Assembly: GCA_035534315.1 (NCBI GenBank)
Contig: DATLSD010000007.1
Span: forward strand, 1 to 63,760
DNA: 63,760 nt
From: Elusimicrobiota bacterium
Lineage (GTDB): Bacteria > Elusimicrobiota > Elusimicrobia > UBA1565 > UBA9628
Direction: 5' to 3'
The notes under the pieces were generated by a model. It made no database searches and was not told the DNA's origin. It saw only the letters and a list, made by a program, of their open reading frames with translations. A program made the translations under genes and the position numbers. Positions 25,704 to 39,091 of this stretch are shown here, in pieces. The first letter of the stretch is position 1; every line of letters begins with the position of its first letter.

Positions 25704-27593
25704 ATGTCCTACACCATCGTCCATAGGACTCCTCTTGACGTCTTAGCCGATCGCGCCGCGGGGCTTAAGCCCGTCCCTTTTTCGGAAGGCCTTTTCAAAA
25801 CTACCGGCACGGCGGCAGAACTCGTTTCTCCCGTCCTGGAGACTCCGGCGCCCTTCAATCGCCTGGTCGGTTCGTGGAACGCGAGCCTTCCATCCTCGGG
25901 AACGCTCATTCTGCAGGCGAAAATCCTGCCTGCCGCGCCGAAAGCGTCCTGGTCGCCTTGGTTCGAACTAGGCCGTCAAGACGGCGGCCGTTTTTTCTCG
26001 CCTGACCGGCAGGAAAACGCCTACGGTTTCGTGGACACGGACACATTGACGCTCAAAAAGCCCGCGGCGGCTTTCCGCTATCGAATTATCCTCCGGCAGC
26101 CCGGCGCGGCACGCGCGGTTCTAAGGCTCGTCGCCATGAGCGTCTCGGATGGAAAAATCCGCCCGGCGCGCGCCTTCGCGCCGGGGCCCTGGATTCGGGA
26201 AATCCGGGTCGCGCCGCGCTCCCAAATGACGGTGCAGTCCAAGTACCGCCGCGACATCTGCAGCCCGACGTCCCTGTCCATGGCGCTTTCTTTATGGGGA
26301 CGAGTCTTGCCGACGACCAAGGTCGCCGAGAGCGTGCAGGATCAAACCTCCGAAATTTACGGGGACTGGACGTTCAATACGGCGTTCGCGGGCACGGACG
26401 GCCTCATGAGCTACTTCTCCTATTTGGACTCCCTGCGGGCGTTGGAGCGCGAAATCGCCGCGGGCCGGCCCGTCGTGGCGAGCGTCTCATTCGGGCCCGG
26501 CGAGCTCTCCGGTGCGCCCATCAAAAAAACCAAGGGCCACCTGATGCTGGTCGTGGGGTTCACGCGCGCCGGAGACGTTATCGTCCTGGATCCGGCCGCC
26601 CCGACCGCGAAAACCGCGCGCAGGATTTACCGCCGCAAAGAGTTTCGCGAGGTCTGGCTCGTCCACAAGAGAGGGGCCGCCTACCTGATTGGCCCGCTGG
26701 AAAACCGCGTCATGACGGTGGGCGTAACGGACGCCGATCTCCTGGCCGAGCCTTCGGTCCGCTCGAACCACAGCCGGCATGATCCCAATCTTTTGTCCCA
26801 GGTCCTTTACGGCGAGCCCGTCCTGGTACGGGCCGCGCGCGGCGATTGGGCGCGCGTCGAGGCCGAGGACCAACCGCATTTTTCCAAAAACGGCTGGAGC
26901 GGGTACCCTGGATGGATCCGCGCGGAGAACCTCGCCTGCGCCCTGCCACCGCCGACGAACCGCGTCGTGAAGCTCAAGGCCGCCCGGGCCATCTCCGGCG
27001 GCAATACTATTTTATTCTCGCTGGGAACTCGCCTCGACACGGTGGGAAGCGCGGCGGGTAAAACCGTCGTCCGGCTGGTGGATTCGCGGACAGCCGCGAT
27101 CTCGCCCGGCGCCCTGGAGACTCTTTCTCCCGCGAAGAGCGCGCTCAAACGCCGGCGCATCCTGGATTCGGCCGCCCTTTTCATGGGATTTCGCTACGTC
27201 TGGGGCGGGCGCTCCGGCGTCCAAGCCCGACCCTCCTGGGGCGTGGATTGCTCCGGCCTCGCCAGTCTGGCCTACCGCACCGCCGGCCTATCGATTCCCC
27301 GCAACGCCGCGGATCAAAAACGGCGGGCGCGGCCCATGGCGCCGCGGGAAATGAAGCCGGGAGACTTGGTTTTTTTAAGCGCCGCGAATGGATCGCCGCG
27401 CATCACCCACGTGATGATTTACGCCGGGCAAGACTCGTTCATCGAAAGCCGCCACAGCGTAGGCGCGCACCGTGGAAGCTTCCAGGCGCGCTTCGGCGTC
27501 CCGCTCGCAAGATTAAAGCCGGGGCAAACCGTTTTAGATCGCGCCTTCTCCCCCCCACGCAAGCGGCGCATTTATTTCGGCGCCTATCTCTGA
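25704..27593 (+). CDS. multidomain cell-wall hydrolase: peptidase C39-like, SH3-like, and C-terminal NlpC/P60
   Basis: Start at ATG 25704, giving 629 aa. DICSPTSLSMALSLWG...GHLMLVVGFTRAGDVIVLDPA (C39-like). FRYVWGGRS...GVDCSGLASLAYRTAG...ITHVMIY (NlpC/P60 Cys/His). No obvious signal peptide. Confidence 0.82.
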   Translation: MSYTIVHRTPLDVLADRAAGLKPVPFSEGLFKTTGTAAELVSPVLETPAPFNRLVGSWNASLPSSGTLILQAKILPAAPKASWSPWFELGRQDGGRFFSPDRQENAYGFVDTDTLTLKKPAAAFRYRIILRQPGAARAVLRLVAMSVSDGKIRPARAFAPGPWIREIRVAPRSQMTVQSKYRRDICSPTSLSMALSLWGRVLPTTKVAESVQDQTSEIYGDWTFNTAFAGTDGLMSYFSYLDSLRALEREIAAGRPVVASVSFGPGELSGAPIKKTKGHLMLVVGFTRAGDVIVLDPAAPTAKTARRIYRRKEFREVWLVHKRGAAYLIGPLENRVMTVGVTDADLLAEPSVRSNHSRHDPNLLSQVLYGEPVLVRAARGDWARVEAEDQPHFSKNGWSGYPGWIRAENLACALPPPTNRVVKLKAARAISGGNTILFSLGTRLDTVGSAAGKTVVRLVDSRTAAISPGALETLSPAKSALKRRRILDSAALFMGFRYVWGGRSGVQARPSWGVDCSGLASLAYRTAGLSIPRNAADQKRRARPMAPREMKPGDLVFLSAANGSPRITHVMIYAGQDSFIESRHSVGAHRGSFQARFGVPLARLKPGQTVLDRAFSPPRKRRIYFGAYL

Positions 27594-27640
27594 GGCGCGG
27601 CCTCGTTAGATTTCCTTAAATAAAGAGGTAAAATCAATCG

Positions 27641-29545
27641 GTGATTATCTCGCTGCTTTTTCTTACCGCCTTCTCCCAAACAACTTCCGCCGCTCCTTTT
27701 AGTTTTCCCACTCCGGCGCGCTCGACCGCGCCCATCAACGTCATCTACCCCACTGAAGGCCTCGATTTGCCGCAAATGGACCATGAGTTCCTCATCGGCT
27801 TCGTTTCGGATCCCTCCGGCAAGCTCGCCATCAACGGCCAAACCGTCCCGGTTTATAAAGACGGGGCGTTCGCGACTTGGCTGCCGGTCGAGCCGGGAAA
27901 CTTCACCTTTCACTGCGAACTTTCCCTGTCCAGCGCCGCCATCGCCTATGACAGGCACGTCGTGTTCGCGGTTCCTCCCAAGCCCTTGCCGCTTTCGCCC
28001 CTGGCCATCGTCCCCTCGTCCTTGTATCCCGGCGAGAACGAAGTCCTGCGGCCGGGAGACTGGCTCGTGGCCCGCATGCAGGCCACGCCGCGCCAAAAAG
28101 CGCAGTTCTGGGTCCCCACGGCGGGCTGGCTGCCCATGAACGATGCGGGCGGCAACGGTTTTTACGAAGGAGCTTATCAAGTGCGGCCCGGAGACCGCTC
28201 GCCCCCTTTCGCCGTCAAATTCCGCGTCGGCGGCTGGTGGGGCGTCTCGGCCTTGTCCGCAGCCAAGATCTCGTTCACCGAGTCCTCGCCCCGAATCGCC
28301 GTGGCCACGGACAGCGCGGACGTCATCGTGAAGACCGGTCCGGAACAGGGCAATCTTTTTTCCGTCCTCAAGGGGATGCCCTTTGTCATTGTTGGGCGCG
28401 AGGGAGGCTGGGACAAAATTTGGCTCTCTCCAAATGAGACTGGGTGGCTCGAGGCCGACAACCTGCAAACCTTGCCCGCGGGCGCTCCGCCGCCCAACGC
28501 AGAGCTCAGCGCCATTTCCACGCGCCCCTCGGATGAAGGAACCTCCGTGCTCTTCGCCATGGACCAGCGCGTTCCTTTCCGCCTGACGGAGTCGGACGAT
28601 TTGCGGACCATTACCGTGCGGCTTTATTACACCCGCTCCCATGACAATTGGATCATCTACCGCCCCAAAGACGCCCTGGTCTCATCCATCAGCTTCAGCC
28701 AGGACGCCTCCGACGCGGTGGACGTCCGGATCAACCTCAAGAAGAGCGCGATTTTATGGGGATACCGCGCGAGCTACGAGGACGACTCGGTCCGAATCGA
28801 CCTGCGCCAAGCTCCCCATCTCGCCGCGGCCCCACGCTCGCCGCTCTACGGCCTGCGCGTGTTCCTCGACCCCGGGCACATGCCGTCCAAGCCCGGAGCC
28901 CTGGGCTGCCTGGGAACCCGCGAGATGGACGTCAATTACGCCATCGCCCTGGAAACCGAAGCCCTGCTCAAAAAACAGGGAGCCGTCCCCCTCATCAGCC
29001 GGCCCAACGATCAAAGCGAGGTGGGTCTGGTGGCGCGGCCCGAAGCCGCCGCGGCCGAGCATGCCGATTTGTTCGTAAGCATCCACAACAACAACACCTC
29101 GGACGGCCAAAATCCGTACGACTCCCCGCACGGCTACTCGATGTTTTATTACCACCCGCACAGCCTGGCCTTGGCCCGGGCGATTTACGCCTCCGAAGAG
29201 AAAATATTGCCCATCCCGGGGGAAGACGTGCGCTTTGGCAACCTCTTGGTCACCCGCATGACGACGTACATGCCGGCAGTCTTAAGCGAATCGGCCTACA
29301 TGACCCTGCCCGAGCAGGAAGCCCTGCTCCTGACTCCGGCGTTTCGCGAAAAAATCGCCGAGAGCCTGGTCGCGGGCATGCGCTCGTTTCTTGATTCCGT
29401 GCGGGACCAAGAGGCCGCCGCTCGCTCCCGCCGAGATTCGACGGCGCGGCGCCAGCCCCGCGTTCCGCAAAAACCGCAGAAACAAAAAATAAAGCCGAGG
29501 AGAAAACAATGGACACGGCATCGAAGCCGCCGGCGCCGCCGATGA
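27641..29545 (+). CDS. N-acetylmuramoyl-L-alanine amidase (Amidase_3) with N-terminal accessory domains and a very basic C-terminal tail
   Basis: GTG start. Signal peptide MIISLLFLTAFSQTTSA. VFLDPGHMP...EMDVNYAIALE...DLFVSIHNN...AVLSESAYMT. Tail: RRQPRVPQKPQKQKIKPRRKQWTRHRSRRRRR. Confidence 0.88.
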   Translation: MIISLLFLTAFSQTTSAAPFSFPTPARSTAPINVIYPTEGLDLPQMDHEFLIGFVSDPSGKLAINGQTVPVYKDGAFATWLPVEPGNFTFHCELSLSSAAIAYDRHVVFAVPPKPLPLSPLAIVPSSLYPGENEVLRPGDWLVARMQATPRQKAQFWVPTAGWLPMNDAGGNGFYEGAYQVRPGDRSPPFAVKFRVGGWWGVSALSAAKISFTESSPRIAVATDSADVIVKTGPEQGNLFSVLKGMPFVIVGREGGWDKIWLSPNETGWLEADNLQTLPAGAPPPNAELSAISTRPSDEGTSVLFAMDQRVPFRLTESDDLRTITVRLYYTRSHDNWIIYRPKDALVSSISFSQDASDAVDVRINLKKSAILWGYRASYEDDSVRIDLRQAPHLAAAPRSPLYGLRVFLDPGHMPSKPGALGCLGTREMDVNYAIALETEALLKKQGAVPLISRPNDQSEVGLVARPEAAAAEHADLFVSIHNNNTSDGQNPYDSPHGYSMFYYHPHSLALARAIYASEEKILPIPGEDVRFGNLLVTRMTTYMPAVLSESAYMTLPEQEALLLTPAFREKIAESLVAGMRSFLDSVRDQEAAARSRRDSTARRQPRVPQKPQKQKIKPRRKQWTRHRSRRRRR

Positions 29546-30426
29546 GCGCGGCCCCCCGTTTCCTGCCCGCGCTCTACGACATCCTGGATTTTCTCTCCCA
29601 AATCAAGGATTCCGACGACGACTCGAAAATTTGGGGCCGCATCGCGGACAAGCTCTGCGTGGCGCTGGACGCCGAAGCCGCCACCTACTACAGCTACCTG
29701 CCGGCCAAGCGCCAGCTTCTGCCGCGCTACAGCCTGGGCGTGGCGGCCCAAGATCTGCGCGGCACGGCCGTGGACCTGCGCACGGGGCTCTGCGGCTGGA
29801 CGGCTCTGCACCGCGAGCCGCTCATCGTGGACGACGCCTATAAAGACCCCCGTTTTTTGAAGGAAGTCGACGCGCTGACTGGATTTAAGACCGCGACGGT
29901 CATGGCCCTGCCGCTCATCGATCGGCTGGATTTGCTCGGCGTGCTGGAAATCATCAACAAGCGCGGCGGGACGTTTTCCGCGGAGGATCTCAAGTTCGCG
30001 CAGGCCGCCTGCCGGGCCGCCGTGACCGCGCTGCGGGCCGCGTGGCTCGAAGCCCGGGTCGACCGCATGGCGGCCAAGAACGCCAGCATCATCGAGAACC
30101 TGGGCGGAGGTTTTTTGGCCGTGGACACCAAGGGCTGCGTCATGCTCTGCAACCCCGCCGCCCGGCGCATCCTAAGCCTGTCCCCCGAGATGCCGCTGCA
30201 CCTGCCGGTCGAGGAGGCCATCGGCCACGTCCCGAAAATCACCGAAATTCTCCTGGAGACCCTGGCCATGCGGCGCACCGTCGCGCGCCAGGAATTCAAG
30301 GCCGTCATCGGCGGACGCGATCGCCTGCTGGGCTACAGCACTATCATCATCCAGGACCCGCAAGGCGAGATGACCGGCGCCGGCATCACTTTCCAAGACA
30401 TCACCGACGCGAGGAAACCCTCATGA
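29509..30426 (+). CDS. GAF plus PAS sensor protein without a recognisable output domain
   Basis: 305 aa. GAF: LCVALDAEAATYYSY...GLCGWTALHREPLIVDDAY...VMALPLIDRLDLLGVLEIINK. PAS: IIENLGGGFLAVDTKGCVMLCNPAARRILSL. Confidence 0.8.
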   Translation: MDTASKPPAPPMSAAPRFLPALYDILDFLSQIKDSDDDSKIWGRIADKLCVALDAEAATYYSYLPAKRQLLPRYSLGVAAQDLRGTAVDLRTGLCGWTALHREPLIVDDAYKDPRFLKEVDALTGFKTATVMALPLIDRLDLLGVLEIINKRGGTFSAEDLKFAQAACRAAVTALRAAWLEARVDRMAAKNASIIENLGGGFLAVDTKGCVMLCNPAARRILSLSPEMPLHLPVEEAIGHVPKITEILLETLAMRRTVARQEFKAVIGGRDRLLGYSTIIIQDPQGEMTGAGITFQDITDARKPS

Positions 30427-30950
30427 ATCTCGGCGACGCCGCCCCCGACTTTTCCCTCAAAGGCACGGACGAAAAAACATATTCCCTGGCCGACTTCAAG
30501 GACGCGAAAATTCTGATCCTGGTCTTTTCCTGCAACCATTGCCCCTACGTCCAAGCCTACGAGGACCGGCTCATCGCGGTCCAAAAAGACTACCAGGAGC
30601 GCGGCGTGCGCCTGGCCGCCGTCAACGCCAACGACGCCCAGAACTATCCGGAGGACGGCTTTGAAGAGATGAAGAAGCGCGCGGCGCAGAAAAAATTCAA
30701 CTTTCCTTATCTGCGTGACGAGTCGCAGGACACGGCCCGCGCCTACGACGCCACCCACACGCCGCATCTCTTCGTTTTCGACGCCGGCCGGCGCCTGGCC
30801 TACACCGGAAAAATCGACGACAACTGGCAGGACGCCGCCGCGGTCCAAAGACGCTATCTGCGCGATGCTTTGGATGATCTCCTTGCCGGCAAAACCCCCG
30901 CGACGGCGCAGACCCACGCCATCGGCTGCACCATCAAGTGGAAAAAATGA
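30423..30950 (+). CDS. thioredoxin-fold (AhpC/TSA-like) thiol-disulfide oxidoreductase
   Basis: Start at ATG 30423 (ATGA overlap). [43 protein letters not shown] (CxxC motif). Confidence 0.85.
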   Translation: MNLGDAAPDFSLKGTDEKTYSLADFKDAKILILVFSCNHCPYVQAYEDRLIAVQKDYQERGVRLAAVNANDAQNYPEDGFEEMKKRAAQKKFNFPYLRDESQDTARAYDATHTPHLFVFDAGRRLAYTGKIDDNWQDAAAVQRRYLRDALDDLLAGKTPATAQTHAIGCTIKWKK

Positions 30951-31357
30951 AGTCCTTGACCGAATACCTGTTTTTCCACACGCCCAAACGCCGCGAGCTC
31001 GTCAACATCACCCAGAAAATCGCGGATCTGGTCTCCAAAAGCAAGGTGCGCGAGGGCCTCTGCCTGGTCAGCGCCATGCACATCACCGCCGGCATCTGGG
31101 TCAACGACGAGGAGTCCGGGCTCAAGCAGGACTTCATGGAGCTCTTAGACCGCTTGGCGCCCGAGGGCGACTACCGCCACCACCAGACCGGCGAGGACAA
31201 CGGGGACGCGCACTTAAAGCGCACTTTGGTCGGCCACCAGACGACCTTTCCCGTCACCGAAGGCCGGCTGGACCTGGGCCCTTGGGAACAGATTTTCTAC
31301 GCGGAATTCGACGGCCGCCGGCAAAAACGAGTAGTGGTCAAAATCATCGGAGAATAA
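30947..31357 (+). CDS. YjbQ/UPF0047 family protein (secondary thiamine-phosphate synthase family)
   Basis: Start at ATG 30947 (ATGA overlap). [25 protein letters not shown]...[20 protein letters not shown]...[13 protein letters not shown]...[13 protein letters not shown]. Confidence 0.85.
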   Translation: MKSLTEYLFFHTPKRRELVNITQKIADLVSKSKVREGLCLVSAMHITAGIWVNDEESGLKQDFMELLDRLAPEGDYRHHQTGEDNGDAHLKRTLVGHQTTFPVTEGRLDLGPWEQIFYAEFDGRRQKRVVVKIIGE

Positions 31358-31362
31358 ACGCC

Positions 31363-34106
<2,744 letters not shown>

Positions 34107-34110
<4 letters not shown>

Positions 34111-35240
34111 AAGCGGGAAATCCGGAAGCGCTGCAGGTTGATGTCCGGCTTGCGGTCCTGGGCCAAATCCGCCAGCGCCTTGCCGAGGACGGGACCCATC
34201 CCGAAGCCCTTGCCGGAAAATCCGCAGGCGACTAGGGCGTTCGGCGCCCCAGGCAGGCGATCGACGATGAAATCCCCGTCCTTGCCGGAAACATAATACC
34301 CAATCGAGCTTTCGCTTTCCGTGAAGCGTTCGAGTTCGGGAATGAAGCGCCCCAAAAATTTCCGGCATTTTTTCTCGAATGCCGTGCCCGCGTCCTTAGC
34401 GACGGCCGGATCCGGGTTTTTCTCCAGCGTCCCGGGACGGTCATCCACGAATTTTAAGAAGCCATGGATGTGCAGGGGGAACCCGTAGAAGCCCGCGCTT
34501 TTAACCGAGAAAACGGGGAAATGCTGGGGGCGGTAGCGGCCCGAATTGAGCAACGGCCGGACGTAAATCTGCGCCTGGCGCGTGACGCGCACGGGCAAGC
34601 GCCACTGGGCCAGGAGCTTCGGGGTCCAGCAGCCGCCGGTAAAAAGGAAGCGGTCTCCCTCCCAGAGATGGCCCGCGGAATCGCGCAGGCCGCGGATGCC
34701 GTTTTTATCTTTGATGATTTGCGCGATGCGGACATGCGGCCTGACTTTGGCGCCCTGCTTCTGGGCCAAGGAGGCCAGTGCCTGGACCGCGCGAAACGCC
34801 CAAATGATGCCTCCGTCCTTGTGGAAAAGGCCCCAGCGGACGGCCCGCGTGTTGATCATCGGGTAGAGCTTGGCGATCTGTTTTTTCTCCAGGCGCTGCG
34901 CCGGGATGCGCATGTCCTTGAGGACCTTGAGGCTCTCCTCTTCATAGCCGTGCTCGGTCTCGGCCAAGTCCAGCATCCCATGCGGGCAGAACACGTCCGC
35001 TCCGTTTTCCTTGTTCAACTCCCGCCAAAACGCGAGCGCCTTGGCCGCCATCTCGGAGTAAAACGCGTCCCGGCCGTGCGTCAGGCCGAAAAGCTGCAGG
35101 TGATCGCCGGAAGCGGACCAGCGGTTGGGAACCTCGTATTGATCCAGCAAGGTGACGGGCACGCGGTTCTTGGACAGCCAATAGGCCGCGGAAACGCCCA
35201 CGATGCCCCCGCCCACGATGACCACGCCCTGCTTCGCCAT
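34107..35240 (-). CDS. FAD-dependent oxidoreductase (DAO / sarcosine-oxidase-like family)
   Basis: 377 aa. Rossmann motif VVIVGGGIVGVSAAYWL...LLDQ. Its stop overlaps the acnA stop (TTAA). Confidence 0.82.
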
Positions 35241-35327
35241 GAGAGGATAGTCTATCTAATTTGCATGAAGTTGCGGGAATATCCGGCCCCCGTATCATCC
35301 GCCGCGCCAATTCCCTATTTGAGGCCC

Positions 35328-35356
35328 TTGACAGGTCAAGGCTCCGTCTTTACACT
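35328..35356 (+). promoter_or_regulatory. sigma70-type promoter TTGACA-17 nt-TACACT upstream of the TPR gene
   Basis: -35 TTGACA at 35328-35333, -10 TACACT at 35351-35356, then GGGAAGAGGG (SD-like) and ATG 35374. Confidence 0.45.
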
Positions 35357-35373
35357 CGGGAAGAGGGCATTTT

Positions 35374-36840
35374 ATGCGAATACCTCTGGCATCGGCCGCC
35401 GTCAGCCTGCTCCTGGCCCGCGCCGCGTTCGGGCAGGACATGAAAGCGGCCGACCCGGTGGAAGAAGCCTCCTTTCCCGCCGGTGTTTCCGAGGCTTTTT
35501 CCGCCATCAACACGAGCCTGCCCGGCCTGGGGCAGGCCCCGGCTTTTGACTCCTTCACGGGCGATTTGCGGACCTTCGAAAATGAAATCCCCGCGATTAA
35601 GCCCCAAAACCGCTTAGCCGTGCTGCGCACGATGTCGGCGAGCCTGGGCGGAGAGGCGCGCGCGGCCCAGGACGCCACAGGGGAAACCGCCGCGGCCCTG
35701 GACCAGGGCCTGGCGGACCTGGACAACGCGGTCGGCAACTGGTCGGGCGCGGACGATTTCTCCCGGAGAGTTCTGCGGACCAATCCCGAGGATCCGGCCG
35801 CCTGGCTGAGCGTCTCGCAGGCGGACATGGGCGCAGGGCATGCGCCCCAAGCCCTTGCGGCCGCGCGAAAATCAACGTCTTTTGCCCCCAAAAATCCAGC
35901 CGCCTGGAGAAGCGAAGCGTTGGCCTACGCGGCCCTGGGGAAAAAATCCCTCGCCGCGGGCGCGGCCCGGCGCGCCTTGTCCCTTAATCCCGCCGACGCG
36001 GCCGCAAAGGCTCTTCTGCAGATTTTAAGCGAGAAAAACCCCCGCTTCCACCTGGGCAAAATCACGACCGGCTGGGACAATCCCGCCGCGGGCGCCTTTC
36101 CCGAGCCGGCCGGCTCCCTCGCAACTCCGGGCTCCGCCGCGGCGCCCGTTTTTGCCCCGCCCAAAGCCGCAAGGCCGGCCGCCGGCTCAGGGCTCGCGGC
36201 GCCCTCTCCGGCGCCGTCGAGCATCAACGGGCTTTTGCGCGACGCGGCGTATAAAATCGCCGTGGCGGATTACGCCTCGGCCTTGGCGGACGCGGCCCGG
36301 GCCGCGGAGATGAATCCCCAAAATCCGGCGGCCTATTACTACCAAGCCGCCGCGGACAATCTGCGCGGCCGATATCAATCCGCCGTCGCCAAGGCCACGC
36401 GCGGCCTGGCCGTCGACCCGGCGGACGTCTTGCTGCGCGACGAGCGCGCTTGGTCGTTCAACCGCCTGGGCCGGGTGGAGGACGCCGTCGCCGACGCGAA
36501 TTCCGCCCTGGAGAGCAACCCGCAAGACCCCTACGCCTACGCCAATCTTGGCCGGGCCAACGAGCAGGAAGGGGACATCCGCTCCGCCTTGGCTGATTTG
36601 GGGCGGGCGGCCGCGATAAATCCGGACTTTACGGCGCCTTACCAAGAGGCCCTGCGCCGCTACGGGCTCCTGCCGAAAAAAACCGGACAGGTTCCGCCGG
36701 CTCCCTGGAAAAGCAGCCGCGACAAGACTTTCCTTTTGGTCCTGGCTAGCTCCCTGGTCGGCGGAACGCTTCTTGCCCTGGGCGTCCTGGGGCTGGTCCG
36801 CCCGACGCAGGCCGCGTCTGCCCGGAAATTCCGGGCTTAA
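35374..36840 (+). CDS. TPR-repeat protein with a signal peptide and a C-terminal membrane anchor
   Basis: 488 aa. MRIPLASAAVSLLLARAAFGQ, several TPR-like units, Ala/Pro-rich linker, C-terminal TM FLLVLASSLVGGTLLALGVLGLV. Confidence 0.72.
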   Translation: MRIPLASAAVSLLLARAAFGQDMKAADPVEEASFPAGVSEAFSAINTSLPGLGQAPAFDSFTGDLRTFENEIPAIKPQNRLAVLRTMSASLGGEARAAQDATGETAAALDQGLADLDNAVGNWSGADDFSRRVLRTNPEDPAAWLSVSQADMGAGHAPQALAAARKSTSFAPKNPAAWRSEALAYAALGKKSLAAGAARRALSLNPADAAAKALLQILSEKNPRFHLGKITTGWDNPAAGAFPEPAGSLATPGSAAAPVFAPPKAARPAAGSGLAAPSPAPSSINGLLRDAAYKIAVADYASALADAARAAEMNPQNPAAYYYQAAADNLRGRYQSAVAKATRGLAVDPADVLLRDERAWSFNRLGRVEDAVADANSALESNPQDPYAYANLGRANEQEGDIRSALADLGRAAAINPDFTAPYQEALRRYGLLPKKTGQVPPAPWKSSRDKTFLLVLASSLVGGTLLALGVLGLVRPTQAASARKFRA

Positions 36841-38120
36841 GCCGCCGCGAAGGCCCGGCGAAAGGCCCTCAGAGTTTTCTCGCGCGTCGGCGCGTCATGA
36901 GCCGTGGACAAGAAAGCGGCCTCGAATTGAGCGGGCGGAAAATAAACCCCTCGCTCCAGAAGCCGGTTAAAGAAACGCGCGAAGCTGCGCGTGTCCGCAT
37001 TTTTGGCATCGGCGAAATTGCGCACCGGGCCGGCGGTAAAGAAAAGCGTGAACATCGAGCCTGCAGCGTTGGCGCGGAGCGGAATCCCGGATTTCTGAGC
37101 AAATTCCAGAGCGCCGGCGACGATTTCCTTGGTCGCCTCTTCGAGCGCGGGATAGGGGTTGGTCTGGCGCAAAAGATCCAGGCATTTTCTTCCCGCGGCC
37201 ACCGCGACCGGATTTCCCGAGAGGGTGCCGGCTTGATAGACCGGGCCCAATGGAGCAAGGAGTTCCATAATCTCGCGCCGCCCGCCGAAAGCCGCCAAAG
37301 GGAATCCGCCGCCCACAATTTTTCCCAGGCACGTTAAATCGGGTTTGATGCCGTAGATTTTTTGCGCGCCGCCAAAACCGAGGCGAAAACCCGTGATGAC
37401 CTCGTCGAAAATCAAAAGGGCCTTGTGCTTGCGTGTCTCCGTCCGCAGCGTCTCCAAAAATCCGTCGGCGGGCAGGACCACGCCCATGTTGCCGGCCACG
37501 GGTTCTACGATGACGGCCGCGATGCCATGGCCCCACTTTGCAAAAGCGTCCTTGACCGCCCGCGCGTCGTTGTAGGGAAGGACAATCGTGGTCTTGGCCC
37601 ACGCCGCCGGCACGCCCGCCGAATCGGGAATGCCCAGCGTGGCGGCGGCGGAGCCGGCGCCGACCAACAGGCTGTCCACGTGGCCGTGGTAGCAGCCGGA
37701 AAACTTCACGACAAGAGAGCGGCCGGTGTAGGCCCGGACCAAGCGCAGGGCCGAGCAGACAGCCTCCGTGCCCGAACTGGTCAGCCGCGCGGATTCGATG
37801 GACGGAAAGGCTTTTTTGACGGCCTCGATTAAAAGCGCCTCGGCCTCGGTCGCGGCGCCGAAGGTCGTGCCCTTGTCCATCGCGCTTTTTGCCGCGGCGA
37901 GAATTTCCCGCCGGGCATGCCCGAAAATCAAGGGGCCCCAGGACAGGCAGTAATCCACGTAGCGGCGCCCGTCCGCATCGAAAAGATTGGCGCCCGCGCC
38001 GCGCGCGGCGAAAATCGGGGTTCCGCCGACGGCCCTAAACGCGCGGACCGGAGAGTTGACGCCGCCCGGCATCGCGCGCAATGCCCGGCTGAAGAGCCGC
38101 CGGGATTTTACGCCAGCCAA
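36837..38120 (-). CDS. hemL: glutamate-1-semialdehyde 2,1-aminomutase
   Basis: TTG start with GGAGG 8 nt upstream, overlapping the hemB 3' end by 13 nt. [31 protein letters not shown]-Lys context [12 protein letters not shown]. Confidence 0.94.
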   Translation of the reverse strand: MAGVKSRRLFSRALRAMPGGVNSPVRAFRAVGGTPIFAARGAGANLFDADGRRYVDYCLSWGPLIFGHARREILAAAKSAMDKGTTFGAATEAEALLIEAVKKAFPSIESARLTSSGTEAVCSALRLVRAYTGRSLVVKFSGCYHGHVDSLLVGAGSAAATLGIPDSAGVPAAWAKTTIVLPYNDARAVKDAFAKWGHGIAAVIVEPVAGNMGVVLPADGFLETLRTETRKHKALLIFDEVITGFRLGFGGAQKIYGIKPDLTCLGKIVGGGFPLAAFGGRREIMELLAPLGPVYQAGTLSGNPVAVAAGRKCLDLLRQTNPYPALEEATKEIVAGALEFAQKSGIPLRANAAGSMFTLFFTAGPVRNFADAKNADTRSFARFFNRLLERGVYFPPAQFEAAFLSTAHDAPTREKTLRAFRRAFAAA

Positions 38121-39079
38121 CGCGCGGCCTCCAAAGCGTGGTAGGTCACGATAAAGTCCGCTCCGGCCCGCTTAATCGCGGTCAAGGCTTCCAAGGCCGC
38201 TTTTTTTCCGTCTATCCACCCCGCCTTGGCCGCGGCCTTGATCATGGAAAATTCGCCCGAGACGTTGTAGGCCGCGACCGGAACTGGGCATTTTTGCCGC
38301 ACGGCGGACAAAACGTCCAGGTAGGGCAGCGCGGGCTTGACCATTATGACGTCCGCGCCTTCTTCGATGTCCAGAGCCGCTTCGCGCAGGGCTTCCCGGA
38401 AATTGGCCGGGTCCATCTGATAGGACGAGCGGTCGCCGAACTTGGGCGGAGACTCGGCCGCGTCGCGAAAGGGACCATAGAAAGCGCTGGCGTACTTGGC
38501 GGCATAGGCGAGAATGGGAGTTTCTGAAAAACCCTCCGCGTCCAGGCCCCGGCGGATGGCCGCGACTTGGCCGTCCATCATGCCGCTGGGCGCCACGACG
38601 TCTACGCCGGAACGGGCTTGGGACGCCGCGGTCCGCGCGTAAAACTCCAAAGTCTCGTCGTTGGCGACGCGTCCTTTGCGGATGATTCCGCAGTGGCCGT
38701 GATCGGTATACTCGCAGAAGCACAAGTCCGCGATGACGACCAGGTCCGGAAACTTCGCCTTGGCCGCGGACGCGGCGCGCTGCACGATGCCGTCCTTGGC
38801 CCAGGCGCCCGAGCCGCGCGCGTCTTTCTTTTCAGGAATGCCGAAGAGGATAATCGCGGGAACGCCGGCGGAAACGACGGCGGGAAGCGCCTTTAAGAAT
38901 TCGTCGCAGGAATACTGAAAATGCCCTGGCATGGAGGTGATGGGCCTCTTTTGGCCGCGGCCAGGACGGATAAAAAACGGCAGGACGAAATCCTCGGGCG
39001 ACAACGAGGTTTCCCGGACCAGGCGGCGCAGGCCCGGGCTTTGCCGCAAGCGGCGGGGACGCTCAGCTGGAAACGCCAT
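38108..39079 (-). CDS. hemB: porphobilinogen synthase (Zn-type)
   Basis: 323 aa. [18 protein letters not shown], Cys-rich metal site [24 protein letters not shown]. Confidence 0.95.
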   Translation of the reverse strand: MAFPAERPRRLRQSPGLRRLVRETSLSPEDFVLPFFIRPGRGQKRPITSMPGHFQYSCDEFLKALPAVVSAGVPAIILFGIPEKKDARGSGAWAKDGIVQRAASAAKAKFPDLVVIADLCFCEYTDHGHCGIIRKGRVANDETLEFYARTAASQARSGVDVVAPSGMMDGQVAAIRRGLDAEGFSETPILAYAAKYASAFYGPFRDAAESPPKFGDRSSYQMDPANFREALREAALDIEEGADVIMVKPALPYLDVLSAVRQKCPVPVAAYNVSGEFSMIKAAAKAGWIDGKKAALEALTAIKRAGADFIVTYHALEAARWLA

Positions 39080-39091
39080 CGGTTTTTCTCA

